64,000 nucleotides of DNA. Origin: Turneriella sp. GTDB taxonomy: Bacteria > Spirochaetota > Leptospiria > Turneriellales > Turneriellaceae. Positions 39,426 through 49,196 of the stretch are shown in pieces. Positions within the stretch are counted from its first letter, which is position 1; every line of letters begins with the position of its first letter. Made by a program: the position numbers and the translations under genes. Under the pieces are notes generated by a model, which worked only from the letters and a program-made list of their open reading frames with translations, searched no databases and was not told the origin of the DNA. Location: positions 4,160,001 through 4,224,000 of the forward strand of contig CBDIID010000003.1 in NCBI GenBank assembly GCA_965279515.1. Reading direction: 5' to 3'.

Positions 39426-40418
39426 TCAGAGGCGCGACCTCGTTTCCGCAAACTCGTGGGCAAAGTAGGTGATGACTGCATCAGCGCCGGCACGGAAAAA
39501 TGCCAGCAGCATTTCATCGCGCGCGCGCTCGGGATCAATCCACTTTTTTTCACCCGCAGCTTTCACCATCGCATACTCGCCGCTGACATTGTAGCAGACG
39601 ACGGGCAGGTCGCTTGCCTCTTTGACGCGGCAGATGATATCGAGGTAGGCGAGCGCCGGCTTTACCATCAGGTAGTCGGCGCCCTCGGCGGCGTCGATGC
39701 GGGCTTCGCGCAGGGCTTCACGCGCGTTTGCCGGATTCATCTGGTAGGTCTTTTTATCGCCGAATTTCGGCGCCGATTGCAGCGCATCGCGGAACGGGCC
39801 ATAATAGGCGCTGGCGTATTTTGCCGTATAAGACATGATCGCGGTTTTTGTATGGCCGGCGGCATCGAGCGCATCGCGTATGTAACCCACGCGGCCGTCC
39901 ATCATATCTGAGGGGCCCAGGATATCGATACCCGCTTCGGCCTGCGCCAGCGACATTTTCGCCAGTACCTCGAGCGTCGCATCGTTTAAAATTTCACCGT
40001 TCTCGACGATGCCGTCGTGGCCGTCGCTGCTGTAGGGGTCGAGCGCAACATCGGAAATCAATACGGCTTCGGGGAAATTTTTCTTAAAGGTGCGGATCAT
40101 CCTCAGGTAAAAATTCTGCGCCGACCAGGAATAAGAGCCCGTTTTATCTTTCAACGCGTCGTCGACCGCAGGAAATAAGATAAAACTCCGGATGCCGAGT
40201 TTGAGCGATGCCGCGATACGCGCCAATGCCTTGTCTTCGCTGAAGCGAAAAACGCCCGGCATCGAAGAAATTTCTTCCGCTTTGTTTATCCCATCGATGA
40301 GAAAAAGCGGTTCGATCAGCTTATCGACGCGAATCTGCGTCTCTTCTGCGAGCGCACGGACGCCATGCAGAGTGCGGTTGCGCCGCGGTCGTTCTCTGAG
40401 GTAATCTGCCTGAGGCAT
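39426..40418 (-). CDS. hemB: Porphobilinogen synthase (Asp-rich, Zn-independent type)
   Basis: DVALDPYSSDGHDG, PSDMMDGRV, SYTAKYASAYYGPFRDA, MVKPA, YNVSGEY. Confidence 0.97.
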   Translation of the reverse strand: MPQADYLRERPRRNRTLHGVRALAEETQIRVDKLIEPLFLIDGINKAEEISSMPGVFRFSEDKALARIAASLKLGIRSFILFPAVDDALKDKTGSYSWSAQNFYLRMIRTFKKNFPEAVLISDVALDPYSSDGHDGIVENGEILNDATLEVLAKMSLAQAEAGIDILGPSDMMDGRVGYIRDALDAAGHTKTAIMSYTAKYASAYYGPFRDALQSAPKFGDKKTYQMNPANAREALREARIDAAEGADYLMVKPALAYLDIICRVKEASDLPVVCYNVSGEYAMVKAAGEKKWIDPERARDEMLLAFFRAGADAVITYFAHEFAETRSRL

Positions 40419-40419
40419 G

Positions 40420-41268
40420 TCAGTTTGAAGGTTTTACTTTTGTGAGTTTGCCGCGCGAATTACTTTCGTTCTCAAAATCCTGGGCCTGCTTGAGGTGTTC
40501 TTCAAAAGGCAGTACGAAAAAATGTTCCGGATCGAGGATGATTCCCTGCTGCGTACGCATCTCAAAGTGCAGGTGAGGCCCGGTCGAGCGGCCGGTATTG
40601 CCCGAGCTGCCGACGATTTGCCCGCGTACGATTTTGTCGCCGACTTTGACGAACGAGTCGGTGAGGTGGGCATACCATGCCACCGTGCCGTCATGGTTCT
40701 CGACAAAAACGCAGTGCCCGTAGGCGCCCTGGTCGCCGATCAGCATCACGGTACCGTCGGTGGCGCCGACAACGATGCTGCCGCGCGAGGCCGCAACGTC
40801 GATACCACCATGCACCTTGCCCCAGCGGTTGCCGACGCGGCTGGTGATGCGGATGCCCATCACCGGCCAGACATACTGGCCTTTTTTCAGCGTGACCTTT
40901 TGGCGGTAGATGCCTTTTTCTTTCAGGTCTTCAATATATTTTGCGATGAAAGGAATAAAATAGAGGCCGTTTTTCTTGATGTGCTTCTGTGATGGATTCA
41001 GCTCGTTGACGAGGCGAAAAAGCATCGGGTCGCACATCTCTTCTTTGCAGGTCTTTTTGATCGATGCCGTCGAGGTGATGTTCGCCCAGACGCCGGCATA
41101 ACCCTGGTACGTCTGGATGAGGCGGTTGTCGATTTCCACGTCGCCTTCTTTCATGAGCGCTTCGGCGCGCTCGGCCATGACCTGCCAGCTCGATTGCGCG
41201 CCACTACCGGCCGAGGCCGCGTCGGCCGCGAGAAGCAAGAGACATAAGATCAGACCCGGTTTATTCAT
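40420..41268 (-). CDS. Exported M23 family peptidase
   Basis: HGGID, YAHL, GNTGRSTGPHLHFE. Confidence 0.92.
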   Translation of the reverse strand: MNKPGLILCLLLLAADAASAGSGAQSSWQVMAERAEALMKEGDVEIDNRLIQTYQGYAGVWANITSTASIKKTCKEEMCDPMLFRLVNELNPSQKHIKKNGLYFIPFIAKYIEDLKEKGIYRQKVTLKKGQYVWPVMGIRITSRVGNRWGKVHGGIDVAASRGSIVVGATDGTVMLIGDQGAYGHCVFVENHDGTVAWYAHLTDSFVKVGDKIVRGQIVGSSGNTGRSTGPHLHFEMRTQQGIILDPEHFFVLPFEEHLKQAQDFENESNSRGKLTKVKPSN

Positions 41269-42658
41269 TGCCGCCGACGGCAGTCGCTGACGCGCCTAAC
41301 GTAGCTGCAAGTTCTTTATAACTGAGCTTCTTCCCCTTTTTGACAATCCCTTCGTCGTCGAAATAACGGAAGAGAAAGTCACGGCTGAATACTGTGAGGT
41401 ATGAGGAAACCAGCGATTCCCAGGGGCTGCGCTCGGTTTTGCCTTCGACCATAGCGTCAATCACGCGGTCGATTTCGCCCAGCAGGGTTTCTGCCTTTTC
41501 ATTCTGACCTTCGAAGCGCAGTATCTCTTCGTGGATATAGCGCTTGAATGCCTGGATATATGTTTCTGTGTTTTTGTTTTTTTTCTGATGATTCTTCTCT
41601 GCGTCGCTGATCAGCTGGCGCATCAGAAGATTAGCATGCTCGCGTTCGCCCAGGGCTTTTTTCAGGTTTTCAATCTGCGGCGCCGTCAGTTCTGATTTTT
41701 CAATCTTGCGCTCTGTTGCGAATTCGTCGAGTTTCTGGTCGACGAAACTTTCTGACAGAAAAAACTGCGCGCTGCCTTCGAGGGTCTTCAGCGCCTTGTC
41801 GGTTTCGGCCCGCACCTGCGCTACGTCGAAGCGCCGTTCGAGATCGGCGCGCACTTTCGTCTTGAATTCGGCGACATTGGCATTGCCTTTGAAGTTTTCT
41901 GCGACGAATGCATCTGTCAGTTCGGGCAATTTCGGTTTGGAGACCTTTTTGATGGTCGCAATAATTTCATAGCTGCGCGTCTTGCCGTCTTCCTGCGCCT
42001 GCATATCTTTTTTGAGTTTGAACTCTTCGCCGGCTTTGCCCTTTTTGTCGATGATCTGCTGTTCGAGCTCGCGGCTCAGGGTGCCGGAACCCAGGTCGAA
42101 AACAAAATCTTTATTGACTTCGCCCGATGGGGCATCGTCGATCCAGATTTCGAAATCGACGGTGAGTTTATCGCTACGCTCGGCCTGTGCCCCTTCACTG
42201 TCTTCGAAGGTGGCAAAACGCAGCAGGCGTTCTTTGATTTCTGCTTCGACATCGCCGTCGTCGATCGCGGGAATATTGCGCGTCAGCTGTGCAACTTTGA
42301 GTTTACCGATTTTTACAAACGGAAACAGGTCGAGTTTTACGGCGAAAGACATCTTATCGCCTTTCTCCTGGACGTCTTCGATACGTACGAGGCGGAACAC
42401 GCGCTCTTCAATTTTCTTTTCGACGTCGCTGAGATGGTGGTCGACGAGCGCAAACAGTGTTTCGAGGCGGATATCCGAGGCATATTTCTGGCGGATCATA
42501 TGCACGGGAGCTTTGCCCTTGCGGAAACCTTTGATTTCGACCTGCGCGCCGACTTTTTTCAGCGCCTGTTCTTCGGCGGGTTTTAATTCTTCGGAATTTA
42601 CGGTGATGTCTGCCTTGACCCGGGTTTCGGACTCACGGCTGATGGAAATGGATGGCAT
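41261..42658 (-). CDS. tig: Trigger factor
   Basis: Ribosome-binding motif IKGFRKGKAP, FKBP-like middle domain, LPELTDAF. Confidence 0.9.
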   Translation of the reverse strand: MPSISISRESETRVKADITVNSEELKPAEEQALKKVGAQVEIKGFRKGKAPVHMIRQKYASDIRLETLFALVDHHLSDVEKKIEERVFRLVRIEDVQEKGDKMSFAVKLDLFPFVKIGKLKVAQLTRNIPAIDDGDVEAEIKERLLRFATFEDSEGAQAERSDKLTVDFEIWIDDAPSGEVNKDFVFDLGSGTLSRELEQQIIDKKGKAGEEFKLKKDMQAQEDGKTRSYEIIATIKKVSKPKLPELTDAFVAENFKGNANVAEFKTKVRADLERRFDVAQVRAETDKALKTLEGSAQFFLSESFVDQKLDEFATERKIEKSELTAPQIENLKKALGEREHANLLMRQLISDAEKNHQKKNKNTETYIQAFKRYIHEEILRFEGQNEKAETLLGEIDRVIDAMVEGKTERSPWESLVSSYLTVFSRDFLFRYFDDEGIVKKGKKLSYKELAATLGASATAVGGNE

Positions 42659-42758
42659 TCCGGCAAAAACGGGATTTTAGACACCCCGTCAACGAGTGCG
42701 AAGCCTGCGCGAACCGGCTTTTCATTGACATTGGAATGGGAGCTTTACCTGTAACGGG

Positions 42759-43706
42759 ATGTTCCTGCTGAAACATCTGTTGCTCTTTGCCATCCTCGCA
42801 AACACAGGTTTTGCCGCCGAAAAAGTCGTCCGCGTGGTCTATCTTGTCTCCGCCGACCGTGAGACCGATGCGGCTTATGCCGCCGGCGCTGAAAATGCCA
42901 TCCGCAGCATCCGTGAGTGGTATAAAAAGCAGATGGGCGGTTACACTTTCAACCTGCATGATCCGGTGGTCGAGGTGGTGAAATCGGGTAAACCGGCCGC
43001 GTATTTTTATACGAACCCCCGGCCTTCGCACAAGGATAACTGGGGATTCGACAACACGCTCGAAGAGGCGAATCGCCTCCTGGGAGTCAGGCATAACGAT
43101 CCCAATACTGTCTGGGTGATCTATTCCGATGGCCCGGGCAATTCGGGCCGCGGCGGCGGGGGGGTCTGTATTATGCCCGAAGACGATCTTCTGGGCCTCA
43201 CAGGCCGGCATCCGACGCAGAAAGATATCAACCGCTGGATCGCAGGCCTGGGACATGAGCTCGGCCATGCGCTGGGTCTGCCGCATCCGAAAGATATGAA
43301 AAAGCATGCGGATGCCATCATGGCGAGCGGCATCTACGGCAAATATCCCGACCAAACGTATCTCACCGAAGAAGACAAGGCGCTCTTGCGGCAGAGTCCG
43401 TTCTTTTTCGACGCGGCGGGAAATCCCGTTGCGGGAAAAAACCAGACGCTTGCTGTTTTTAGTTATGGAACCGGCCGCTTCACGCGCAGCCAGAATTCCC
43501 TGACGCACAAAATCGCCTGGCAAGAGATCAACCCCGAAGGCGAGAGTTTTCGTTTTGACGAAGAAAAAGCCGACGCGCAGTTCTATTACCTGCGCGCCGT
43601 CGACCGCAAGATCTGGATTAAGATCCCGCTGGCGGGCGGGCCGGGTTCTCTTTCCGTTGACGGCAGGGTTTGGCGCGCCTTCCAGAATATGACCGTGCAG
43701 AAATAG
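42759..43706 (+). CDS. Exported metzincin-type zinc metallopeptidase
   Basis: Signal peptide, HELGHALGLPH (HExxHxxGxxH), Met-turn AIMASG. Confidence 0.85.
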   Translation: MFLLKHLLLFAILANTGFAAEKVVRVVYLVSADRETDAAYAAGAENAIRSIREWYKKQMGGYTFNLHDPVVEVVKSGKPAAYFYTNPRPSHKDNWGFDNTLEEANRLLGVRHNDPNTVWVIYSDGPGNSGRGGGGVCIMPEDDLLGLTGRHPTQKDINRWIAGLGHELGHALGLPHPKDMKKHADAIMASGIYGKYPDQTYLTEEDKALLRQSPFFFDAAGNPVAGKNQTLAVFSYGTGRFTRSQNSLTHKIAWQEINPEGESFRFDEEKADAQFYYLRAVDRKIWIKIPLAGGPGSLSVDGRVWRAFQNMTVQK

Positions 43707-43707
43707 C

Positions 43708-44280
43708 ATGCGGGTTTTGCGGCGCATCCTCACCGCTCCGCTCGTCTTCATTGCCGCGGTTATTATCCTGCTCGAAGACTGGCTGTGGGATGACCTGCAG
43801 CGCCTCGCCGCATGGTTTGGCCGCCTGCCGGTTTTCAGGCAACTTGAGGCGCTGATTGTGCGTCTGCCGCCGGCGGCGGCGTTGGGTTTTTTTATCCTGC
43901 CTTCGCTGGTGCTGATTCCCGTTAAGTTTTTGGCGCTCTATTTCATCTCGCGCGGCCAGGCGCTGCTGGGACTCGCGACTATTGTCGCCGCAAAGATTGC
44001 CGGTACGGCGCTTGTCGCGCGGCTTTTCAAGCTCACCAAGCCGAAATTACTCACTTTTGGCTGGTTTGCCTGGGCGTACGGACATATCACAGAATTCAAA
44101 AGGCGGATCTATAACGTTATTCAATCCTCGGCTATTTATAAGCTGGTGCGTGATCGTGCGCACCGGTTACGCCTTTGGGTCAAGAGATGGAATGCAAGGC
44201 GAAAAAGCTGGTTCAGGCGCCGTTTCCGCGCCGCGAGAAAACTCATGCGACAACGGCGGGAGAAGTCGCGTTTAAAGTGA
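43708..44280 (+). CDS. Hypothetical membrane protein with basic C-terminus
   Basis: ILLEDWLWD and LARLF-like segments, hydrophobic stretches; 1 nt after the peptidase gene. Confidence 0.7.
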   Translation: MRVLRRILTAPLVFIAAVIILLEDWLWDDLQRLAAWFGRLPVFRQLEALIVRLPPAAALGFFILPSLVLIPVKFLALYFISRGQALLGLATIVAAKIAGTALVARLFKLTKPKLLTFGWFAWAYGHITEFKRRIYNVIQSSAIYKLVRDRAHRLRLWVKRWNARRKSWFRRRFRAARKLMRQRREKSRLK

Positions 44281-44354
44281 CACGGCCCTCCATTCCCTTA
44301 CCATAAAAACAAAAGTTCCGCTTTACTGGATATATTTGTCTTTTATTTTGTGGT

Positions 44355-44813
44355 ATGACAGCCTCGAATGGCCTGGAACGGGAAATCAATGCCACGGTGG
44401 AGAAATTTGCGGCGGAACCCGACAATCTTATTCTTATCCTCCATGCAATCCAGAACGCCCACGGCTACGTGCCGCGGGAGTCGGCGCTTTTGCTTTCCGA
44501 ACGCCTGGCAATTCCGCTCGCGCGCATCTATGAAGTGCTGACGTTCTATCATTATTTCCGCACTGCGCCGCCGGGCGAACATACGATCGTGGTTTGCCAT
44601 GGTACGAGCTGCTGGCTTGCCGGTTCAAGCAAAGTGCTCGATGAGGCGCAACAATATGCTCAGGCGCATCCCGAAACGAAAGTTGAACAGGTTCGCTGTG
44701 TCGGCTGTTGTGGCCTGGCACCGCTGGCGTTTGCGGACAAGAAAATTCACACTCACCTCGATGATAAAAAAACCAGCGCGATGCTGAAGCAAATGATCAG
44801 GGCGGATGTATGA
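44355..44813 (+). CDS. hydC: NuoE-like [2Fe-2S] subunit of a trimeric [FeFe]-hydrogenase
   Basis: LHAIQNAHGYVP, VLTFYHYF, CHGTSC and CVGCC ligands. Confidence 0.9.
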   Translation: MTASNGLEREINATVEKFAAEPDNLILILHAIQNAHGYVPRESALLLSERLAIPLARIYEVLTFYHYFRTAPPGEHTIVVCHGTSCWLAGSSKVLDEAQQYAQAHPETKVEQVRCVGCCGLAPLAFADKKIHTHLDDKKTSAMLKQMIRADV

Positions 44814-46642
44814 CGATACCCGCCGGCGAAATCCGCGTCGCCATGGATTCGGGTGGTATCGCCGCCGGCGCCGCTGCCGTGTTCGCTGAGCTTACAGAAC
44901 TTGCAAAAGATTACCCACAACTCAAGGTTGTGTCCGTGGGCACCCCCGGTATGTGTTACGCCGATCCGCAGGCGGAGATTGTCCTCGCCGGGCGGCCGCG
45001 CATTAGTTTTGGTAATCTTAAAGCCGATGCGGTTAAACAAATTTTCACAGAGTTTGTCCTCGCGGGAAAATTTCCGGAAAAGAAAAAATCCCCCGGCTGT
45101 GCGTTACTGGCGGGAAGAAATCCCGGTACAGAGCTGCCGGAAAAAATAACGCACCTCATTTTCTGCGACACCACGCAGAGAGAGGCTGAGTCTTTGCTGA
45201 CTGCTTTCACCGCGGTCCCGGGTGCCGCGCTGGAAATTGCCAGGGCGGATGATTTTGGTTTTTATAACCGCGGTCTGGCCGTGCAGGTTTTTCCCGGTGG
45301 CTTGGTCATTGCCGATCTCAAGCGTGACGAACTGGCGCCGGCCGTTGCGGAACTATTGGTGCAGAAAATTCCCCGACGGGGTTCTGTGATTAAAGATCCG
45401 GCGCAACTTAGAATCGCCAGCCGTAATTGCGGCGTCATTGATCCCGAAAGTATCGCTGCGTATGAAGCGGCGGGTGGTTATACAGCATTGCGGCGCGCGC
45501 TCGAACACAAACCCACGGACATCGTTGCTGAAATTTCTGAGAGTGGCCTCAGGGGGCGTGGCGGCGCGGGTTATCCGACGGGCAAAAAATGGCAGCTGAC
45601 GGCCGCAGAAGACGGCGCGCAAAAATATGTCATCTGTAACGGTGACGAGGGCGACCCCGGTGCATTCATGGACCGCAGCCTGCTCGAAAGCGATCCGCAT
45701 AAGGTGCTCGAAGGCCTGATTCTTGCCGGGTTTGCTGTGGGGGCAAGCGTCGGTTATTTTTATATCCGTGCCGAATATCCGCTGGCGACGGCGCGCGTGC
45801 GCAAAGCAATTGAGGCGGCCGAAGCCGAAGGTTATCTCGGCGAGAAAATTCTTGGCAGTATTTTTTCTTTTGAAGTGCGCGTGCGCCTGGGTGCCGGCGC
45901 CTATGTCTGCGGCGAAGAGACTGCGCTCATCGCCTCGGTTGAAGGTAAGCGCGGCAGCCCCCACCCGCGGCCGCCTTATCCCTCTGTGAAAGGGCTCCAT
46001 GATGCACCGACCTGTATCAACAACGTCGAGACGCTGGCGAGTGTGCCCGAAATAATTGTGCGCGGGGGTGCCTGGTATGCGGCGATCGGTGAGGGAAAAT
46101 CCACAGGTACAAAAGTTTTTGCGGTCTCGGGAAAAATCCGCCGTACGCAACTGGTCGAGGTGCCGATGGGCCTGACGGTGCGCCATGTTGTCGACGACCT
46201 CTGCGGCGGCGTTCAACCCGGCAAAAAACTCAAAGCGGTACAAACCGGAGGGCCGTCGGGGGGGCTCGTTCCCGCGAATCTGCTCGAGACACACTTGACC
46301 TACGAAAACATGGCGGCGCTAGGCTCGATCATCGGTTCCGGCGGCATGATTGTGCTGGACGAAGACGTGAATATGGTTGAGCTCATGCGTTTTTACCTCG
46401 GCTTCAACGTCGATGAATCTTGCGGTAAGTGCGCACCCTGTCGTGTCGGCGGATTTCAACTGGCGCGGCTATACGATAAGCTTCTTGCGGGTGAGGGACA
46501 TCAGAGCGATTTGGCACAAATTGAGCGTATCGCTCATGCCATGCAGAGTGCGTCCCTGTGCGGGCTGGGAAAATCCGCGCCATCGCCGCTATTTGCAACC
46601 TTGAAATACTTTCGCGGGGAGTATCAAGCATGCCTGAAATAA
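44810..46642 (+). CDS. hydB: NuoF-like FMN/NAD-binding subunit of an [FeFe]-hydrogenase
   Basis: SGLRGRGGAGYPTGKKW, NGDEGDPGAFMDR, GAGAYVCGEET, GGPSGG, ESCGKCAPC...SLCGLG. Confidence 0.92.
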   Translation: MTIPAGEIRVAMDSGGIAAGAAAVFAELTELAKDYPQLKVVSVGTPGMCYADPQAEIVLAGRPRISFGNLKADAVKQIFTEFVLAGKFPEKKKSPGCALLAGRNPGTELPEKITHLIFCDTTQREAESLLTAFTAVPGAALEIARADDFGFYNRGLAVQVFPGGLVIADLKRDELAPAVAELLVQKIPRRGSVIKDPAQLRIASRNCGVIDPESIAAYEAAGGYTALRRALEHKPTDIVAEISESGLRGRGGAGYPTGKKWQLTAAEDGAQKYVICNGDEGDPGAFMDRSLLESDPHKVLEGLILAGFAVGASVGYFYIRAEYPLATARVRKAIEAAEAEGYLGEKILGSIFSFEVRVRLGAGAYVCGEETALIASVEGKRGSPHPRPPYPSVKGLHDAPTCINNVETLASVPEIIVRGGAWYAAIGEGKSTGTKVFAVSGKIRRTQLVEVPMGLTVRHVVDDLCGGVQPGKKLKAVQTGGPSGGLVPANLLETHLTYENMAALGSIIGSGGMIVLDEDVNMVELMRFYLGFNVDESCGKCAPCRVGGFQLARLYDKLLAGEGHQSDLAQIERIAHAMQSASLCGLGKSAPSPLFATLKYFRGEYQACLK

Positions 46643-48381
46643 AAGCAGAAGTCAACGGCATTGCCGTTACCGTCAAAGCCGGCGGCACGCTGCTCGATGC
46701 GGCCCGGGCCGCGCAGGTGAATATCCCGACCTTGTGCAAACATCCCGATCTTGTCGCCAACGGTGCGTGCGGCCTGTGCCTTGTGCGCGTCGAAGGCATG
46801 AACGGTCTGCCGCGCGCGTGTACCACGCCGGCTGAAGAGGGCATGCGGATTACGACGCATGACGGTGAAATTACCGAAATCCGCAAAACCGTCCTCGAAC
46901 TGATTCTTTCTACACACCCCAATGCCTGCCTGAGCTGCGGCCGCAACCAGAGCTGCGAGTTGCAGACGCTCGCCGCCGATTTCGGCATCCGCGAAGACGT
47001 GTGGGAACATTATCTGCCTGGCTTACCGAAGGACACTTCGACGGGATCTCTGGTCATCGACTTTGACAAGTGTATTCGCTGCGGCCGCTGCGTGCATGTC
47101 TGCCAGGATCTGCAGAATGTGCACGCGCTGTCGTTTCTGGGTCGCGGCATGCAGACGCGCATGGCGCCGGCCGGCGACATCCTGCTTGCCGAGTCGCCCT
47201 GCGTGATGTGCGGGCAATGCTCGGCGCATTGCCCGACGGGAGCCATTGTCGAGGCTGACGAGACGACGCTTGCCTGGGATTTTTTGCGCGGTAAGGAAAA
47301 TTTTACGGTCGCGCAGATTGCGCCATCAGTGCGCGTCGCGATCGGTGAAGAGTTTGGCTACGAACCCGGTACAAACCTCACGGGGCAGCTCTATGCGGCG
47401 CTGCGCCGGTTGGGTTTTGATGCCGTCTTCGATACCAATTTCTCCGCCGATGTCACGATCATGGAAGAAGCCAATGAATTTGTCGAGCGCTTCAAACACG
47501 GCAAGCGAGACATGCCGCTTATTACCTCATGTTGCCCTTCGTGGACTGATTACATGGAAAAGCTGCACAGCGATTTTATCCCGAATTTTTCAACGACCAA
47601 ATCGCCGCAGCAGATCATGGGGGTGCTGGCCAAGACCTACTATGCGCAGAAGATGAATATCGACCCTGCGCGCATGAAAATGGTATCGATCATGCCGTGC
47701 ACGGCAAAGAAATACGAAATCACCCGCGATCACGAGATGTTTGCGTCAGGCCACAAGGATGTCGATGTAGTGCTCACCACGCGCGAGCTGGCGCGCATGA
47801 TCCGCCAGGCGGGCATTGATTTCCGCAAGCTTGCCCCGGAAGAGGCGGATAATTTTCTGGGCGCGTACTCGGGTGCCGGCACCATGTTTGGTACAACGGG
47901 TGGCGTCATGGAAGCTGCGCTGCGCACCGCGCAGTTTGTCCTTTCCGGAGAAAAAATGCCGAAGCTGGTTTTTGAAGAACTGCGTGGCCTTGAGGGAATT
48001 AAAGAAACAAAAGTTGTTATTGGCGGTGAAGAAATCCGCATTGCCGTGGCACACGGGTTAGGCCATGTCGGCGAAGTATTGGACCGGGTGCGTAAGGCAA
48101 AGGCAGAAGGTAAGCCCATGCCCTACCATTTTATCGAAGTCATGGCGTGTCCCGGCGGCTGTATTGGCGGGGGCGGCCAGCCCTATGGCGTCACGGACGA
48201 AATCCGCAAAAAACGCATGCAGGGGCTCTTTAGCGAGGACCGCGACAAGGCGGTGCGTTGTTCACACGATAATCCCGAGGTGCAACAGGTCTACGCTGAG
48301 TTTCTTGAAAAGCCGCTGTCGGAAAAAGCGCACAAGCTTCTGCACACGACCTACCACGCGCGGCCCGTATATCAAAAGTGA
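46630..48381 (+). CDS. hydA: [FeFe]-hydrogenase catalytic subunit (group A)
   Basis: H-cluster motifs TSCCPSW, MPCTAKKYE and EVMACPGGCIGGGGQP. Also an N-terminal [2Fe-2S], HxxxCxxCx5C, and two [4Fe-4S] motifs. Start at MPEIKA. Confidence 0.96.
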   Translation: MPEIKAEVNGIAVTVKAGGTLLDAARAAQVNIPTLCKHPDLVANGACGLCLVRVEGMNGLPRACTTPAEEGMRITTHDGEITEIRKTVLELILSTHPNACLSCGRNQSCELQTLAADFGIREDVWEHYLPGLPKDTSTGSLVIDFDKCIRCGRCVHVCQDLQNVHALSFLGRGMQTRMAPAGDILLAESPCVMCGQCSAHCPTGAIVEADETTLAWDFLRGKENFTVAQIAPSVRVAIGEEFGYEPGTNLTGQLYAALRRLGFDAVFDTNFSADVTIMEEANEFVERFKHGKRDMPLITSCCPSWTDYMEKLHSDFIPNFSTTKSPQQIMGVLAKTYYAQKMNIDPARMKMVSIMPCTAKKYEITRDHEMFASGHKDVDVVLTTRELARMIRQAGIDFRKLAPEEADNFLGAYSGAGTMFGTTGGVMEAALRTAQFVLSGEKMPKLVFEELRGLEGIKETKVVIGGEEIRIAVAHGLGHVGEVLDRVRKAKAEGKPMPYHFIEVMACPGGCIGGGGQPYGVTDEIRKKRMQGLFSEDRDKAVRCSHDNPEVQQVYAEFLEKPLSEKAHKLLHTTYHARPVYQK

Positions 48382-49196
48382 AGCTAACGATTGCCGCACC
48401 GCGCTCACTTGCGGCAGCGCCGCTTCTGTTATTGTCACAGGAAAAACCTGGACTCTGTTCGGTTTCCTTCTTTACTGATCACGATGAGGCGCTTGCCGAA
48501 CTTGCAGCCGGAGAAATAGATATTCTCTGCAGCGGTTATAGCGAGTGCGATCGCGTTACGACTGCGCTTAAACCCCGGCGTGCGCTGACATTTGTGTGGG
48601 GATTGTCGGCGCTTATGGTGCGCGACGCGGGGACTAAAAATTTAGACGACCTGTCGCAGGCACTTACTGCTGTCGCGGGCGCAGCGCTACTTTTGCCCTT
48701 TGCCGGCAGCCCGCTCGATCTTCAGGTCAGGGCATTGCTCGGCCGCCTGTTTCGTGGACAAAATCTTCCACTGACAAACGCCCCGCTGCCGCAAACCATG
48801 CAGGGTTTTATGCACGAACAGGTCTTCGCAGCAGTTATGCCCGAGCCCATGGCGACGCTGCTTGAAAGCAGTGGCAAAGCGCACAGGCTGTGCGATGTTG
48901 CAGACCTGCATGAGCGGGTGACAGGCGGGCGCTGCTCGCCGCAAGTCTCATTATTTCTCCGCGAAGACAAGCGACTCTCAGAAGAGTTTCTTTCTGCCTT
49001 TGAGCAGGCGATCCAGCTTATGCCCGCATTGAATCCGGGCCAGTGCGCGCAAATTGCCGGTAAGCTGGATATTCCTTTGGCTGTATTTGCGCATGCGCTA
49101 CCGCATGTGCTCTTTGGCTTACCGGCCGAAAAAGAGGTGCACCGGCGCGAAACTATTTACGCCGAATTACTTTTAACCGGCCATACCTCTACATGA
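48378..49196 (+). CDS. Periplasmic-binding-protein-fold (NMT1/SsuA-like) protein lacking a signal peptide
   Basis: LAAGEIDI, LLLPFAGSPLDL, AAVMPEPMAT; GTGA overlap with hydA. Confidence 0.6.
   Translation: MKLTIAAPRSLAAAPLLLLSQEKPGLCSVSFFTDHDEALAELAAGEIDILCSGYSECDRVTTALKPRRALTFVWGLSALMVRDAGTKNLDDLSQALTAVAGAALLLPFAGSPLDLQVRALLGRLFRGQNLPLTNAPLPQTMQGFMHEQVFAAVMPEPMATLLESSGKAHRLCDVADLHERVTGGRCSPQVSLFLREDKRLSEEFLSAFEQAIQLMPALNPGQCAQIAGKLDIPLAVFAHALPHVLFGLPAEKEVHRRETIYAELLLTGHTST

Noticed and set aside
46558..46642. Frameshift hiding the missing HydB C-terminal ferredoxin domain
   Set aside because: hydA begins at 46630 inside the last hydB codons, so there is no room, and the alternative frame has no CxxCxxC motif.
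44355..48381. Respiratory complex I nuoEFG or formate dehydrogenase
   Set aside because: The third subunit has all H-cluster motifs and no molybdopterin-type domain; no other nuo genes are adjacent.
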